In this document: piece by piece, positions 47,876 to 58,785 of the stretch
Numbering within the stretch: the stretch's first letter is position 1
Layout: each line of letters opens with the position of its first letter
Virus record (IMG/VR): IMGVR_UViG_3300049617_000207
Coordinates: 32,015-96,014 of that record
Source of the DNA: a virus
Strand: one strand, 5' to 3'
Length of the DNA: 64,000 bases
Notes under the pieces: model-generated
What the model was told of the DNA's origin: nothing
What the model saw: only the letters and a program-made list of their open reading frames with translations
Database searches by the model: none
Position numbers and translations under genes: made by a program

Positions 47876-48970
47876 CTATTCGCCTGCGACCGCGACCCAG
47901 GTGGTGCCGCTCGACGACGCGCCCGACTGATTCACGTAGCGCCGCGTCCCCATCGCGCCGTCGTAACGCAGGTATTGCGAGCCGTTGGGCGCGGAAAACG
48001 TCGGTGCGCCCGTGCCCGAGTAATAGCCCGCCGTTCCGTTTGCGGTGCCGTTACCGGGAACAATCGAGCCGAGGCTTAGGAAGTTTCCGCCGGACTGCGC
48101 CTGCTGCGTCGCGGCGTTCGAGCCGCCGTTCGCGTAGAAGCGAATCGTGCCGGAATTGCTCGAAAGAAAGCCGATATTTAGGATCGAGGCGCTTACCGAA
48201 AACGTCGATGCCGAGCCGATGTTTAGTTGCCCGACTTGGAGTGTGCCCGATTTCGTTTGCGCCGTTGCGGACGTGTCAATCGGAGTCGTGACGAGCGCAC
48301 CGTTTGGAATCGTGCCTGCGGTGAGGCCCGCGCCGGAACCGTTGAACACACTAGCATATAATGGCCCACCATCAAAAGTGAACGCTCCGCTATGTGCTAA
48401 TCCAAAATCAAGAGACTGACTACCGTTCGAGCCAAGAAAGAGAATCCCGACGCTTGCACTACGTCCAGCAGCCACGTCGCCTGGCAGGGTGTTCCCCGTG
48501 TACGGCCCAGCCGTCAATGCGCCTTTAATGCCGAGGTTCCCGTTCTCGTCAAGAGCCCACAACTGCGAGCCGCCGAAGGTTGATACGCCGAGCGCCTTCG
48601 AGCTGACACCAGCAACCGCGCCGCCCGAGGTATCGAGGCTCGTAATGCTACCATCGGAACGGTAAAAGTCGAGGTACGTGTTCTGATTCGCTATACCGAA
48701 GCGGATGACGTTCGGCTGCGCGGTCGGGCCGTTGCTAATGGCCCCGTACTGCGGCAACGTGATCGAAGCGAAGCTCCCCGAGCCTGGCACCGCAACGTCG
48801 CCGCTTGCATCCGTGAGCGGCAGCGATACCCACGCCGACCCGTTCCACGCGAGCGGCCCGCCCGTCGTCGTGCTCCACGCGATGGAGCCCGCGCCACCGC
48901 TCGGCACAGGCGTCGTTGCGCCGAGTGCGATTGCGAGGTTGACCGGCGCGAGCGGCTCTGCGGTTTTCAT
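47876..48970 (-). CDS. tail fibre-like protein
   Basis: Gly/Ser/Thr-rich; GTGAP...APNGS.YLR.DG C-terminus. Confidence 0.7.
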   Translation of the reverse strand: MKTAEPLAPVNLAIALGATTPVPSGGAGSIAWSTTTGGPLAWNGSAWVSLPLTDASGDVAVPGSGSFASITLPQYGAISNGPTAQPNVIRFGIANQNTYLDFYRSDGSITSLDTSGGAVAGVSSKALGVSTFGGSQLWALDENGNLGIKGALTAGPYTGNTLPGDVAAGRSASVGILFLGSNGSQSLDFGLAHSGAFTFDGGPLYASVFNGSGAGLTAGTIPNGALVTTPIDTSATAQTKSGTLQVGQLNIGSASTFSVSASILNIGFLSSNSGTIRFYANGGSNAATQQAQSGGNFLSLGSIVPGNGTANGTAGYYSGTGAPTFSAPNGSQYLRYDGAMGTRRYVNQSGASSSGTTWVAVAGE

Positions 48971-50073
48971 CCGAGAACGATAACCCGGTACGTGTTCGAT
49001 GCGGGCGCCGACGCAAACGACACCGACACCGTATTCAGGGACACGGCGAGGTTATCGGTAATCACCTGCTCGCCCGTGGAGATGAGCCGAATGGAGACGA
49101 GCACGTCGAGCGTGCCGAGGTTGTGCGTGATCGTGTACGTGAGGGTCGAGCCGTCGCCAATGGTCGTCGCGTATTTACGCGCGACAACCGTCGTATCGAC
49201 TTGTAGGCCACCCGTGCCCGCAAGGACGCCACCGGCCGCAACCACTTCGGTTGAGACGACGGAGCCGACTTTCTGTAACCCGTTGCCAAACGTCAGATTC
49301 GCGCTGCCGTTGAATTGGTTTATCGCGACGGAGGTCGTCCCCGGCGTGATCGCACCGGAGGTCGGACTCGCGAGGATAAACTGCGACCCGCCGTACGCGG
49401 CGCCTTGCTCGACGTACCACAACGCCCCGAGCGTGAGTTCGTTGTTCGGGCTTGCATCGCCGCCGGGCCGCGCCCACGCGCCGGAGGAGACGAGCCACGG
49501 CCCATTCTGTGAGGTGGTCGTCTGCGCGGTGAGCAGCACGCGAGAGCCCGCCGGCAGCGCCACGCCGTCGATAGTCGGCAAGCCCGAGAGCGCCTGATTC
49601 GCAACCGACACGGCGGCCACCGGCGGCTTCGACTCGATTCCGGCCGCCGCGGCCTGCACGCTGTTGTCGACATAGTTTTTCGTGGCGCCGTCCTGCGGGT
49701 TCACCGGATCGGCGAGGCCCGTGATGTTCTTGGCGGCGAACGGCACGTTTGCCGTCGGCGCCGCGAACGCGCTAAGTGGATACGCCTGCACGACGGCCGC
49801 GAGGTCGGAGATGGTCGACGATGGTTGCGTGCCCGTCTGATTCGCGCGCGCAAGCGGGTTGACCGCAAGGGCGCTGATCGGGATGCCCGACGCCTGGGTC
49901 GCGTCGAAGGGAAGCCACGCCGAGCCGCTCCATTGCAGCGCGGTTTTGAGCGTCGAGTTGTAGTAGACTTGGCCGGGGAGCGGCGTGCCCGGCGGCGCAG
50001 AGAGCACTTGAAAGAGCGCGTTGAGTAACTGATTTTGCTTCAGGTCGATGTTGTCGCCGTAGGCTACTGCCAT
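48967..50073 (-). CDS. virion/tail fibre protein
   Basis: DPVNPQDGATKNYVD, TIDGV..RVLL..Q...QNG, ITHNLGT. Confidence 0.75.
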   Translation of the reverse strand: MAVAYGDNIDLKQNQLLNALFQVLSAPPGTPLPGQVYYNSTLKTALQWSGSAWLPFDATQASGIPISALAVNPLARANQTGTQPSSTISDLAAVVQAYPLSAFAAPTANVPFAAKNITGLADPVNPQDGATKNYVDNSVQAAAAGIESKPPVAAVSVANQALSGLPTIDGVALPAGSRVLLTAQTTTSQNGPWLVSSGAWARPGGDASPNNELTLGALWYVEQGAAYGGSQFILASPTSGAITPGTTSVAINQFNGSANLTFGNGLQKVGSVVSTEVVAAGGVLAGTGGLQVDTTVVARKYATTIGDGSTLTYTITHNLGTLDVLVSIRLISTGEQVITDNLAVSLNTVSVSFASAPASNTYRVIVLG

Positions 50074-50088
50074 GTTGTGCTTCCCTTG

Positions 50089-50406
50089 CTAGACGAGCGT
50101 CGCGCTTCCGGCGAACGCGGCTGAAAACGAGATGACCAACGTATTGAGGTCGGGGTAGGACAAGGTGCCCATAAGGACGGTGCCCGCGGTGTCGATGATC
50201 GTGACGGCGGGGTAATAGCCCAGGCCGTGCGTAATCGGCCAGGTGTCCGAAGCCGTCGGCTGATTCCACAAAAACGAGGGCGCGTCGGCGCCACCGTTAC
50301 CGGAGGGGAGCGAGAGAATCTCGGAGATGGGCACCCACGACGACGCCGTCGCGTCTTCCAGGCCCGCTTGATGCACGAGCACGAAGTCGGTCGCTTCGGT
50401 CGCCAC
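50089..50406 (-). CDS. small virion protein
   Basis: W.ITHGLGYYP.V...F...FAGSA.L. Confidence 0.7.
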   Translation of the reverse strand: MATEATDFVLVHQAGLEDATASSWVPISEILSLPSGNGGADAPSFLWNQPTASDTWPITHGLGYYPAVTIIDTAGTVLMGTLSYPDLNTLVISFSAAFAGSATLV

Positions 50407-50410
50407 CGCG

Positions 50411-50974
50411 CTAACCGCCCGTCACAGGAGCACCGGACTCGGTGTTATAGCTCGCCGAGAGGGTGCCGAAGCCGGGTGCGGACGGCGTGAAAAGCCCGAC
50501 GACGAAGCCGTCGAGCGCGCCGAGGTTGCCGTCCGTGTACCAATGCGCGTCGGTCGTGACGTCACGGACGAAGGCCCCGTTGAGATAGAGGCCCGCCGCA
50601 TACTGCTGCGGCACGCCGAGCGTGAGCCGTGCGTTCGCGGGCGTGACGAGGATCGTGTAATCCGGCAGGTAGCCCGCAATCGGTACGATGGTCCCGGCGG
50701 CAACGTCGAATTGAAGCTCGTCCGCGTTGTCGTCGGTGAGCACGTTGCCGTTGTCGTCGAGGGCGTGTGCGCCCGTCGTGTTGCCGTAGAAGCTCGGCGA
50801 TTGCGTCGGTGCGCCCTCGCCCGCGAACGTCGCCGTGTAGAGCGTGTCGGAGCGCAGCGTACCCGCAATGCTGCCGGTGCCGTCGGTCGTCCCCGTGATC
50901 GGGCCGGGCGTGATCGTGACGGCCACGCCTGCTGCGAGCGTCGCGCCCGAGTCGTCGAGAAATTGAATGGGCAC
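50411..50974 (-). CDS. Ig-like virion protein
   Basis: VTPA...L..G..QQY.A...DVT..A.W. Confidence 0.6.
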   Translation of the reverse strand: MPIQFLDDSGATLAAGVAVTITPGPITGTTDGTGSIAGTLRSDTLYTATFAGEGAPTQSPSFYGNTTGAHALDDNGNVLTDDNADELQFDVAAGTIVPIAGYLPDYTILVTPANARLTLGVPQQYAAGLYLNGAFVRDVTTDAHWYTDGNLGALDGFVVGLFTPSAPGFGTLSASYNTESGAPVTGG

Positions 50975-50979
50975 CGCTC

Positions 50980-52656
50980 TTACGTGAGGCCCGAGGCTTG
51001 CGCGTGCGCGGTTATTTTCGCTTGGGTTAGGGCCGCGTTGTAGACCGCGAGTTTCCCAAGTCTCATCATCGTGTTATGCGTCCCCGCCGACAGCATCCCC
51101 AGCCGCCCGTCGCCCGCCGGGTACGGATAGGTGTTCGCGAGAGAGTAAACCTCGACGCCGCTCATGTAGAGGAGGAACGTGGCCCCGTCGTACGTGAGCG
51201 CGACGTGAAAGAGCTTCTGCGGTGTCCACAGGACGCCGGAGACATTCTCGGAGACGCCCGATAGATTTATCTCGGCTGCGCCATAGCTTCCGTTCGCACC
51301 GATGCCGAGCGTGTTATTCTCATTTGGCCCGAAGGAGCCGACAAACGCATAGCTTTGAGTTGGGAGGTAATTCAACGCGACGATCATTTCCCAGGTGAAC
51401 GGCCCGGCCGTCGGAATCGAGGCGGCGGGGATCGTGAGATACGATCCGGCCCCGTCGGTCGCAAGGCCGGTTTCGCCGTCGCCGATGAGCGGGATGCCGA
51501 AGACGATGCCAGCACCGGCGCTTACGGCGACGTCGTACGTTGTGAGCGCCGCGCCGCCTGTCGCATCCGCTGCCGTCGTTGCACCGGGGGCGTCGTTGCA
51601 TTTCCAATAATGCTGCAGCGCCGACTCGGCCATGATCGCGGCGTCGTACCCGGCTCCGCTCGCAGAGCCGACGTCGATTGTCGCCCACGTTGTCGCCGTC
51701 GAGGCGTTAGCGCCGCCGGAGTCGAGCGCGTCGTAATGCGTTGCGACCTGCGCCGCCGTGAGCGCGGCGGCGTAGAACGCAACCCCGGCCGCACCTCCGT
51801 CAATTCCATTTACGTTGCGACCCTCGTATGTGTCGCCGAGGACAAAATCGCTACCGGCCTCCAGCGCCGCGCCTGCGTATGTGCCGACCGCGACCCCTTG
51901 GACATAGAGCGTGTACGTCGTGCCGTCATAGGTGAGCGCAATGTATTTACGGGAGCCGTCAAACGCGACGCTCGCATCCGCAATGGTCTGAATTACGCCG
52001 CCGATATTGAGGTAGAGGACGAGCCCGCCACCGGGTGTCCACACGAACGTAAATCCCGCGCCGCCAGCATCGACATCGCCCGTGCCCGCAATTCGCTGAT
52101 CCGACGTCGATGCAGGCGAGATGACGAATTCGACCGACCATACCGGGAGCGAATCGGGCACAATCGGTGCCGAGAACCGGATTTGATTCGCGATGCTGAG
52201 TTGCTTGGAATTCGGTTGGTCTGCGATGAGCGAAGCGATGTTCGTCGGCGGCGCCTGTCCGATATAGGAGCCTGCACCGTATGCGCTGCCGCTCTTCGTG
52301 TTTGCGGCGACGGTTGCGCCCGCAGCGTCGGCGAGTGGGTACTGCGCGACAGCGCCGTTGGTGAGTTGCGCCGTCGAATACCCAACAGAGCCCGTCGGCG
52401 GCCACGGCCCGGTGGTCTCGGCGACGTAGAGAGGCGGCGTGCCGCTCGCGGTGCGCGCATAAAGCGTACCGTTTTGCGCGAGCCCGCTCGGCGCAGCGGC
52501 TCCTGAGAGGATGCCGCCGCCGAGTGCGAGCACGTCGGAGAGCAGCGCGCGCGACGTCTCCGTGACGCCTGCCGTCCCCGTTTGGTGTTCGAGGATCGCA
52601 AAGTCGGCGGCGGTCGGCGCAACCTGCGGGGCGGCTCCTAGCGATGCGTCGGCCAC
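50980..52656 (-). CDS. tandem LamG/concanavalin-like domain protein (putative adhesin)
   Basis: Two (Y/H)(I/V)ALTYDG...LY..G and (F/V)Y.AALT.A....H repeats. Confidence 0.8.
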   Translation of the reverse strand: MADASLGAAPQVAPTAADFAILEHQTGTAGVTETSRALLSDVLALGGGILSGAAAPSGLAQNGTLYARTASGTPPLYVAETTGPWPPTGSVGYSTAQLTNGAVAQYPLADAAGATVAANTKSGSAYGAGSYIGQAPPTNIASLIADQPNSKQLSIANQIRFSAPIVPDSLPVWSVEFVISPASTSDQRIAGTGDVDAGGAGFTFVWTPGGGLVLYLNIGGVIQTIADASVAFDGSRKYIALTYDGTTYTLYVQGVAVGTYAGAALEAGSDFVLGDTYEGRNVNGIDGGAAGVAFYAAALTAAQVATHYDALDSGGANASTATTWATIDVGSASGAGYDAAIMAESALQHYWKCNDAPGATTAADATGGAALTTYDVAVSAGAGIVFGIPLIGDGETGLATDGAGSYLTIPAASIPTAGPFTWEMIVALNYLPTQSYAFVGSFGPNENNTLGIGANGSYGAAEINLSGVSENVSGVLWTPQKLFHVALTYDGATFLLYMSGVEVYSLANTYPYPAGDGRLGMLSAGTHNTMMRLGKLAVYNAALTQAKITAHAQASGLT

Positions 52657-52710
52657 GTGTGCCCTCCTTGGCTTCTCCTCCCCGTTCGCGCTCGCGCGCG
52701 CTTCGGCCCG

Positions 52711-53862
52711 CTACGTCGGCGGCGTGGGCACGTTTCCGGTCACGAGCCGCACGTTCGGCGAGCCCTCGACCAGCGCGAGCGGCGCCATCGACGAGAGCAG
52801 GTCCGCGAAGTCTAGGCTCGGCAAGCCGCCCTTGATCGCCGCGAGCCAGGCGCCGGAGTTGGGCACCCCGGAGAGAACCGCCGCCTGGGCCGACTGCTGC
52901 AGCGCCTTCCCCACGTGCCGCTTTATCTCGGCGATTTGGTTTTGCATGTGCGTTTGATTGAACGCCCCCTCGGCGGAGGATAGCTCGCTAAAGAGAGAGC
53001 CTAAGCCAACGCTTGCCGCGACGTGAGAGATGACGTTGCCGTTGCCGTCGTGCAGCGTGAAGACCTTCGGCAGCACCGTCGGGAAGCCGGGCGCCGTCGG
53101 AAACGACGCCGCGACCGCCACCGGCGGAGTCTCCGTTACGGTGCCTGCGGCGTCCGTGGTGACACTCACCGGCGAGTGGCTTACGATGGAGCCGTCGGCC
53201 GCCATCGTGACCGTCGCGCCGCTCGGATGCGTGATAGCGACGGTGGCCTGGCCCGTTGCCGGTTCGTCGAGCACCATGTGCAAGCCGCTTGGCATCGCGA
53301 TGGTGACGTTCGCGCGCGTGGGCTTGGGCGGCGGGATCGGATCGGCCGCAAGACCCGGCACGGGCGGGATCGGCGGCGTGGTCGAGGCGTCCGGCGGATA
53401 CTCGGCATACGTGACCTTGAGGCCGCTCTGCAGGCCGATGTCGTGCAGGCCGGGCGCGCCGTCGACCTGCGCTGATCCGGGCAGCGAGTGCAGGCCGCGC
53501 GAGCGGATGTAGGCGCCCGAGCCGAAGTGCCCGAGCGTGACGTCGTCGATGTTTTCGTGATAGATCGGGAGCGGGTTCGCGTACGGCAGGCCCGGCGTCT
53601 CGGAGTTGAAGTGGCCGAGCGTCACGATAGGATTCTGCGGGTTGCCGTTGACGAAATGGAGCGAGACCGTCTGCCCCTTGCGAAAGTTGGCGTTAAAGCC
53701 GGGCGCCGTCATCACGAGCGCCTTGATGCACAGGCCGCGGTTATCGCACGGCGTCGCATCCACGTACAAGCGCCGCGACGCGTCGATAGGGTACACTTTG
53801 GTCACGTACGCCAAGCACGCGGTGTCGTAGTGAAAGATGCGATGCGGATGGATGTCGCTCAC
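52711..53862 (-). CDS. baseplate spike (gpV-like)
   Basis: OB-fold G..V...F.NG....P; repeated H/P-SG beta units. Confidence 0.7.
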   Translation of the reverse strand: MSDIHPHRIFHYDTACLAYVTKVYPIDASRRLYVDATPCDNRGLCIKALVMTAPGFNANFRKGQTVSLHFVNGNPQNPIVTLGHFNSETPGLPYANPLPIYHENIDDVTLGHFGSGAYIRSRGLHSLPGSAQVDGAPGLHDIGLQSGLKVTYAEYPPDASTTPPIPPVPGLAADPIPPPKPTRANVTIAMPSGLHMVLDEPATGQATVAITHPSGATVTMAADGSIVSHSPVSVTTDAAGTVTETPPVAVAASFPTAPGFPTVLPKVFTLHDGNGNVISHVAASVGLGSLFSELSSAEGAFNQTHMQNQIAEIKRHVGKALQQSAQAAVLSGVPNSGAWLAAIKGGLPSLDFADLLSSMAPLALVEGSPNVRLVTGNVPTPPT

Positions 53863-55379
53863 GCCAGGATGTTGCCGGGGGCGGGTGAGGTCGCGGCGGC
53901 GCCGACGGGCGGCGGGTAGCGAAGCTCAAGGCTCGTCGTCCAATCCTCGCCCCACGTGCCTTGGTGCTCGACCGACGCAATGTACCACGGCTGATTCGAG
54001 GTATCGGGGCGCCCGGTGTCGAGCGCGACGTTCCAGCGCGTGCCCACGCGATAGTCCGGCCGTCCGCGCACCGTGATCGAGCCCGTGTTTAGGTTATTAA
54101 CCGACGTGAGGATAACTTTACGGCGCAGCGCGGCGGCCGGAAACGACATGTCGAATTGCGATTCATATTGGCCGTACCGATACCCGTAGGTCGCAATATG
54201 CGCATCGCTCGCGTTCTTGGCTTCCATCACGCCGTTGACAAAATTCGCATTGCCTTCCCACGTGGGCGTCCCCATTGCGCTCATCATGCCGCCCAGGCCC
54301 ATCGTTGCGTTGTTCGGCAGCACCGAGAGGAACGTGAGCAGCGTCGCGTCCGAAAACCCGAAGTCGTAGTCGCGGATGTCTTCGGGGCCGATAGTTCCGG
54401 CTATCGCGCCGTACGCTCCGCTCTGCGCGGCGGCGCCGGTGTAGTTGAATCCCGTCCACGCGGTAAGGGCATCGTCGTATATCAGTTGGCCTAGCTCGTT
54501 GACGAAGATGCGCGAGATGGGCGAATTCCGAAGCTCCATCACCGTTGCCCACACCGCGCCCGCCTGTGCCGTATATGGCGGATACGCCTTCTGCTTGGGA
54601 TCGAGCGGGAGGTAGTTCGCGTCAATGCCGTCGAGGCGAATGAAGTTTTTATACGGAAACCCGAACGAGAGATACTGCGCCGCCGCCGCCGGGTCCGCGG
54701 TGAACCCGCCAAGGTCCGCGAGTGCGCCGACGTTCTTAGCACATAAGAAGTCGAGCACTTGCACGAGGAATGTCGCGCCGCTTGCGAGCTTCGAGAGTGC
54801 AAAGTTTTGCAGGAGGTAGAAGTTGTCTTCCCCACTCGCCGTGTTGCCAAGCCCCGCCTGTGCGGCGACCGAGGTGTCGGGGATGCCGACCCAATTCGTT
54901 TCAAAGATTTTCGTAAGGTCGCGCCCCTGTATGGAAAGGATCGCTTCGCCGCCGGGCGAGCCGGAGACGCGCGCCCCGTCGACCATGCCGATAAAGATAC
55001 AGTTCGCGGTTCCAAGGCGCGTGACGGAAGCCGCATCCGCGTCGCCCCAATGGATTCCCGTGAGGTCGGGTTTAATCGCATCCGCAATACGATAGCCGTC
55101 GCCGCTCACGGATTGGCGTTGCGCGTAGAGTGCGATGAGGTCGTTTGGTGAGGCGCTCGCGGCGTAGACTTCGGTCCCCGGCGCGCTCGTACGCAGGACG
55201 GAGTCGTAGTCCTGGTTGAGCGGCACCCGGATCGAGAATTGCCCGGAGTTGCCGTCGTCGGACTTCGACCACGTCCACGTCTCCACGCCGGGAAGCTCAA
55301 AGAGCGTGCCCGTGAGCGCGGAGACGGCGAGCGCGTAGAAGCGCGGCCGGTCGAAGCTCCATGAGGTAAGCGATGGCAT
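53859..55379 (-). CDS. baseplate hub protein
   Basis: IFIGMVD, IQGRDLTK, G.ITVRG.P..RVG, YI.SVEH. Confidence 0.75.
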   Translation of the reverse strand: MPSLTSWSFDRPRFYALAVSALTGTLFELPGVETWTWSKSDDGNSGQFSIRVPLNQDYDSVLRTSAPGTEVYAASASPNDLIALYAQRQSVSGDGYRIADAIKPDLTGIHWGDADAASVTRLGTANCIFIGMVDGARVSGSPGGEAILSIQGRDLTKIFETNWVGIPDTSVAAQAGLGNTASGEDNFYLLQNFALSKLASGATFLVQVLDFLCAKNVGALADLGGFTADPAAAAQYLSFGFPYKNFIRLDGIDANYLPLDPKQKAYPPYTAQAGAVWATVMELRNSPISRIFVNELGQLIYDDALTAWTGFNYTGAAAQSGAYGAIAGTIGPEDIRDYDFGFSDATLLTFLSVLPNNATMGLGGMMSAMGTPTWEGNANFVNGVMEAKNASDAHIATYGYRYGQYESQFDMSFPAAALRRKVILTSVNNLNTGSITVRGRPDYRVGTRWNVALDTGRPDTSNQPWYIASVEHQGTWGEDWTTSLELRYPPPVGAAATSPAPGNILA

Positions 55380-56114
55380 TTAGGTAAACACTTGCAGGCC
55401 GCTGCCCATCGCATTATTCATCGTTCCCGGTGGGACCGGCGCCGGGGCCGCCGTCTGCGTAGCGGGGTCTTGCGCCGTGCCGTAGTCGTGCAGGATGGTC
55501 GCGCTGATCGTAAGGTGGGCCTGGTTCGGCGCGGCGACGTCCTCGCTAAACCGCACGGAGTCCTGCGTGATGATGAGCGACCGCTGCAAGACGGCGTCGT
55601 GAAAGCGCAGCACGGAGGGCAGCGCGTCGTCGAGCGGGGACGTGCGCTTCGCCTTTTCGAGCAGGTCGAAGAAGGCTTGAATTTGCGCGCCGGGCGTGCC
55701 GAGGTAGGTGACGATGCAGTCGACTTCGAGTTGCCCCGGCGCGATGCCCCACTCGTCCACGTAGTTGCCGACCACGGTTTGATGTACGTTTTGACGCGCC
55801 GTGGAAGTGATGTCGATTTTCTGCGCGAAGCCGCTGACACTACGCGGTGACACGCCGAGCGTGATCGTGCTCGCGGTGTAGAGGCTATTCGGCGTGCCGG
55901 GCGAGCCCGACGTCGAGTTACTCGATCCGGCCGTGCGCAGTTCGAGGGTGATCGTGCGAAACGACACTTGCGCTTGTGCCGTCGCGTTCGCTTTAATGCT
56001 CGCGCCGAGCGACTGTGCGGTTGCGTACGCGGCGGCCTGGGCCGCCGCGGCTGCGGCTTCCTCGTAGACAATGACCGCGAAGTCAAGGAGTGAGACCGGG
56101 ATCGCGTTACCCAT
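55380..56114 (-). CDS. tail tube initiator-like protein
   Basis: Sits after the tape measure; QT..G.YVDEWG motif. Confidence 0.6.
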   Translation of the reverse strand: MGNAIPVSLLDFAVIVYEEAAAAAAQAAAYATAQSLGASIKANATAQAQVSFRTITLELRTAGSSNSTSGSPGTPNSLYTASTITLGVSPRSVSGFAQKIDITSTARQNVHQTVVGNYVDEWGIAPGQLEVDCIVTYLGTPGAQIQAFFDLLEKAKRTSPLDDALPSVLRFHDAVLQRSLIITQDSVRFSEDVAAPNQAHLTISATILHDYGTAQDPATQTAAPAPVPPGTMNNAMGSGLQVFT

Positions 56115-58527
56115 GATACCCGGCCTTCCTGCTGCCGGGCAGAGCGGAGCCGGTCTTTGGGGCCTTCTTCTTTATCACCGTGTGGTGATGAATGTCGAGG
56201 CCGTCAAGGTCCCCCGTCGTCTTATGTGACACGGTAGGCTTACCGGAGTTCGCTTTGAGGCCCTCTTTTATATTGGCTAAGACTTCCGCCACGTATTGCC
56301 CTTGCGTTAGCGTGTTGCCTGTCGGCACGTAATCCATCTCACCCCAATGAGCCTGCCCGCCATAGTAGGAGGCGATGACGTCCGCTTCGCTGTTTGCGTC
56401 GAGGCCCTTGGTCTTGGCAAACGAATATAGGTCCTTAACGATGTCGGATGCAGTACCACGCTGCACGGCCGGATTTTTGAGGTATGCGGCTCGGCCCTTA
56501 TCGGTTACGTCTTTATCGCCGAGCGTGAAGAAGCCGCGCGTGTCGGTCCCCGCCGCTTGGAACGCCGCCTTCATTTCCTTCACGTGAAGCCACGGTTCGA
56601 CTTGGTAAATGCCGAGGGCTGTATCCGCTGCACCGGAGCCTTGGTTCTTCCCGTAACCCGACTCTGCCCCGCTAAGGCCGCCGAGGATGTTCCCGACCAA
56701 AACGTCTTGATTAAATGAGGCTTGCACATCATGCGGGAGCTTGCTAAAGTAGTTTTTGATCCCCCCGCGTTTGTTTGCGTAGTCGAGCCAATACTGCCGC
56801 GTCTGCCCCATGTAATCTTTCGTCTCGTCGCCGCCGTAATCGCTGCCCGCAGGGGCCATGCCGAATAGGGCGACTGCGGCGCCTGCCGCGATAGGCGCGC
56901 CAAGCCCGATGCCCGCCGCGTCACCCGCAGCCGCCGCGCCGCCGCCCATGAAAAGTCGTCCGAGCGGCCCAAGGAATCCCATTGCGGCTTTTAGAGCCGT
57001 CGGTCCAAGAGTTGCAACGGCGAGCGCGGCGATGAGCGCCTCGTTTGATTTAATAAGGTCCATAATGCCGCCGGTGATGTTGCCGTTGAGAATCTCATCG
57101 AGCGCGGCGGCGCTTTTCGAGAGTTGGCCGAGCACCTTCTGCCCGATTTGCAATTCCTTGTTTTGTATATCGGCGAAGAGCTTTTCGTCACCGCCGAGGA
57201 GCGACTTGTAATATGCCTGCAGGTTCGCGGCGGCTTTCTTGGCCTCTTCCTCGGGGGTTAGTGGCCCTTTGCCGCCACCGCGGCCTTCGCCGCCCTTCCC
57301 ATACGCCACGCGGATCGCGCGCATGTCGGAGGCTTGATCGTGGCCGCCGAGTTTTGTAACGAGGCTGTAGAGGGTCTTTGCGGCATCGGTATTCCCGCCT
57401 TCGGCGTTGAGGAGATTGCTAATGCCGAGGGTGCTTGTAATTCCGCCCTTGCCGGAGATTTTCGACACGTGCGCGAGAATTTTCATGTCGTCTTCGGGCG
57501 TGTTAATGCCGAGCATCATCGCCGCGGGGTCCTTAATGCCCGCCGAGGTGAGCATCGCAAGGCGATACATGGATTTGCCGACCGGAGCCATGAGGCTTTG
57601 GCTCGCACCGACGGCGGCGTTCACACCGGCGCTCGTGTTGAAGTATCCGCCCGCCTGGGAGATACCGGCCACCCACGCGGACGAGTCGGCGCCGCTGTAT
57701 TTGCCCAGGGGATTCGCGGCTTGCATCGAGCCGAGCGTCGAGGTCGCAAGGCCGATGAATTCGTCGAGCCTGCGTCCGAGTGGCCCGGCCGTCTCCGCGG
57801 CACCGAACACTCCGGCGGCCTCACCCTTGACGTCCCGGCCGGACATCGCGACGATCCCGCCCATTTGCGCAGCGAGTTGCGTCGGATCGAGCCCGTACGC
57901 GCGCGAGTAAAGGCCGATGGTGCCACCGGCCGCCGCGGCCTGCGCCGCCGTCGAGCCGGACGCCTTCCCGTACGTCGTGATCGCCTGCATCATCTCGGGC
58001 GCAGAAATGTTGTATTTCCCGCCTGCGTAGGCGGCTTTTTGCAGGAGCGCGGTGTTGCCCGCGAGTGAGCCGCCCGTGCCGATACCGAGCACCTGCGCCG
58101 TACGCGTCGAGGACTGCTCGAATTGATAGGCCATTTTCGTCGCTTGGCCGATGATCGCCGCAACGGCCGCGACGGCGCCGGTGATGGAGCCGGTCGCCAG
58201 GGCCGTCATGAGGCCGCCGATGGGGCCGAGCCCTGCGCCGCCGACGAACCCACCTAACGCGGCGCCACCCACGCCGCCGACGGCGCTTGACGCACCGCTC
58301 ATCGTCCGCTGCAGCGCGGACACGGAGCTTTGCGCGCCGCGCGCCCCACGCTCGACGTCGCGAAGCTCGCGTGCCTGGCGCCGGAGTTGGTCGGCTTGCT
58401 CGCGCTCCGCCGGTGACGACGCGGTCTTGCCGCGGAGCTTCGCAAGCTCCTCGAAGTCGCGGCGCAGCGTCTTGAGGCGGTCTTGCGTCAAGTCAACCAG
58501 GGAAATAGTTACCTTGGCATCCGCCAC
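56107..58527 (-). CDS. tape measure protein with a C-terminal lysozyme-like domain
   Basis: Ala/Gly-rich helical, 806 aa; AESG...ALGIYQ...YYGG...YV..V. Confidence 0.85.
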   Translation of the reverse strand: MADAKVTISLVDLTQDRLKTLRRDFEELAKLRGKTASSPAEREQADQLRRQARELRDVERGARGAQSSVSALQRTMSGASSAVGGVGGAALGGFVGGAGLGPIGGLMTALATGSITGAVAAVAAIIGQATKMAYQFEQSSTRTAQVLGIGTGGSLAGNTALLQKAAYAGGKYNISAPEMMQAITTYGKASGSTAAQAAAAGGTIGLYSRAYGLDPTQLAAQMGGIVAMSGRDVKGEAAGVFGAAETAGPLGRRLDEFIGLATSTLGSMQAANPLGKYSGADSSAWVAGISQAGGYFNTSAGVNAAVGASQSLMAPVGKSMYRLAMLTSAGIKDPAAMMLGINTPEDDMKILAHVSKISGKGGITSTLGISNLLNAEGGNTDAAKTLYSLVTKLGGHDQASDMRAIRVAYGKGGEGRGGGKGPLTPEEEAKKAAANLQAYYKSLLGGDEKLFADIQNKELQIGQKVLGQLSKSAAALDEILNGNITGGIMDLIKSNEALIAALAVATLGPTALKAAMGFLGPLGRLFMGGGAAAAGDAAGIGLGAPIAAGAAVALFGMAPAGSDYGGDETKDYMGQTRQYWLDYANKRGGIKNYFSKLPHDVQASFNQDVLVGNILGGLSGAESGYGKNQGSGAADTALGIYQVEPWLHVKEMKAAFQAAGTDTRGFFTLGDKDVTDKGRAAYLKNPAVQRGTASDIVKDLYSFAKTKGLDANSEADVIASYYGGQAHWGEMDYVPTGNTLTQGQYVAEVLANIKEGLKANSGKPTVSHKTTGDLDGLDIHHHTVIKKKAPKTGSALPGSRKAGYHG

Positions 58528-58551
58528 CCTGGCCTCCGTGCCATTAGAAGT

Positions 58552-58785
58552 CTAGGTCGTCCGTGCGCGCTTCGTCTTCTGTGTGTTCGCGAGCGCGCGC
58601 TCAAACACTCCCGAGTTCCCGCGCCGGACCTTCCGGCCGCGCGCGTCGTTACGCACTTTCTCTTCGACCATGTGAAAGAGCGTGTAATGAAAGGCGCTCC
58701 ACGACGTTATAGGAATCGGCCAACCGACGATTTTGTGCGTCTCGTGGAGCATCACGAGGTAATTTGCTATTCTTGGTTGGCCCAA
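58552..58785 (-). CDS. tail assembly chaperone, -1 frame extension (gpT-like)
   Basis: Overlaps the upstream ORF in the -1 frame after GATTTTT. Confidence 0.6.
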   Translation of the reverse strand: MGQPRIANYLVMLHETHKIVGWPIPITSWSAFHYTLFHMVEEKVRNDARGRKVRRGNSGVFERALANTQKTKRARTT